A stretch of DNA of 64,000 nt. It comes from an uncultured Actinomycetota bacterium (GTDB lineage: Bacteria > Actinomycetota > Actinomycetes > JAFAQI01). Positions within the stretch are counted from its first letter, which is position 1; each line of letters begins with the position of its first letter. A model generated the notes under the pieces. It had not been told where the DNA came from. It ran no database searches and saw only the letters and a program-made list of their open reading frames with translations. The stretch is taken from positions 576,001 through 640,000 of the forward strand of contig CAVYQE010000001.1 in assembly GCA_963770565.1 (NCBI GenBank), written 5' to 3'. Positions 63,679-64,000 of the stretch are shown one piece after another. Made by a program: the position numbers and the translations under genes.

Positions 63679-64000
63679 TGCGAATCCTGGCGGCCGCGCC
63701 ACCGGGCGGCACCGGTCTCGGCGTCTTCGGCAACGACCCGTGGTGGCTCACCCTCTGCAAGTGCATCGTGGTGTTCGTCTTCCTGGTCGTCACCACGCTG
63801 CTGATGATCTGGGCCGAGCGCCGGGTGATCGGCCGGATGCAGGCGCGCCAGGGTCCGAACCGGGTCGGCCCGTTCGGCGTCGTGCAGGGTCTCGCCGACG
63901 GCATCAAGCTGGCGTTGAAGGAAGACCTGATCCCGGCGATGGTCGACAAGCCGCTCTACATCCTGGCGCCGGTCGTCGCGTGCGCGCCGGCGTTCTTGTC
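63678..64000 (+). CDS. nuoH: NADH-quinone oxidoreductase subunit H (5' part, truncated by the window end)
   Basis: Translated by hand: [35 protein letters not shown]. Confidence 0.93.
   Translation, partial: MRILAAAPPGGTGLGVFGNDPWWLTLCKCIVVFVFLVVTTLLMIWAERRVIGRMQARQGPNRVGPFGVVQGLADGIKLALKEDLIPAMVDKPLYILAPVVACAPAFL

Noticed and set aside
60961-63702. 913-aa antisense ORF (likewise 6766-9192, 3575-5191, 44051-45808 and others)
   Set aside because: These are stop-poor shadow frames expected at high GC, opposite clear genes and without motifs

Overview
This is a high-GC actinobacterial chromosome segment. Its gene order resembles the conserved panC-lsr2-clpC1-disA-radA ... proC ... rex-hem-ccs-men-nuo region. 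It is mostly housekeeping genes: CoA and pantothenate synthesis, lysS, lsr2, clpC1, mutY, disA-radA, proline metabolism, bS22, a class A PBP, the rex-hemACDB/hemL and cytochrome c maturation (system II) genes, bldC, menG-menJ, and nuoA-H (nuoH runs off the right edge). No rRNA, tRNA, transposase or cas gene was recognised. The strongest lead is a stand-alone NuoD paralog that keeps the Arg methylated by MidA/NDUFAF7 enzymes and has Trp in place of the quinone-binding Tyr. It lies near a MidA-family methyltransferase, while the operon NuoD lacks that Arg. Other leads: an orphan cheB-cheR(TPR)-cheW cassette next to disA, micro-ORFs bridging genes of the rex-hem operon (one in a MIRU-like hairpin), several unrelated families of intergenic palindromes and repeats including a 31-bp VNTR upstream of hemL, a DUF62 enzyme with an altered active-site motif, and two single-base frameshifts. 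All calls come from reading motifs by eye. No database searches were run, and several start codons are uncertain.
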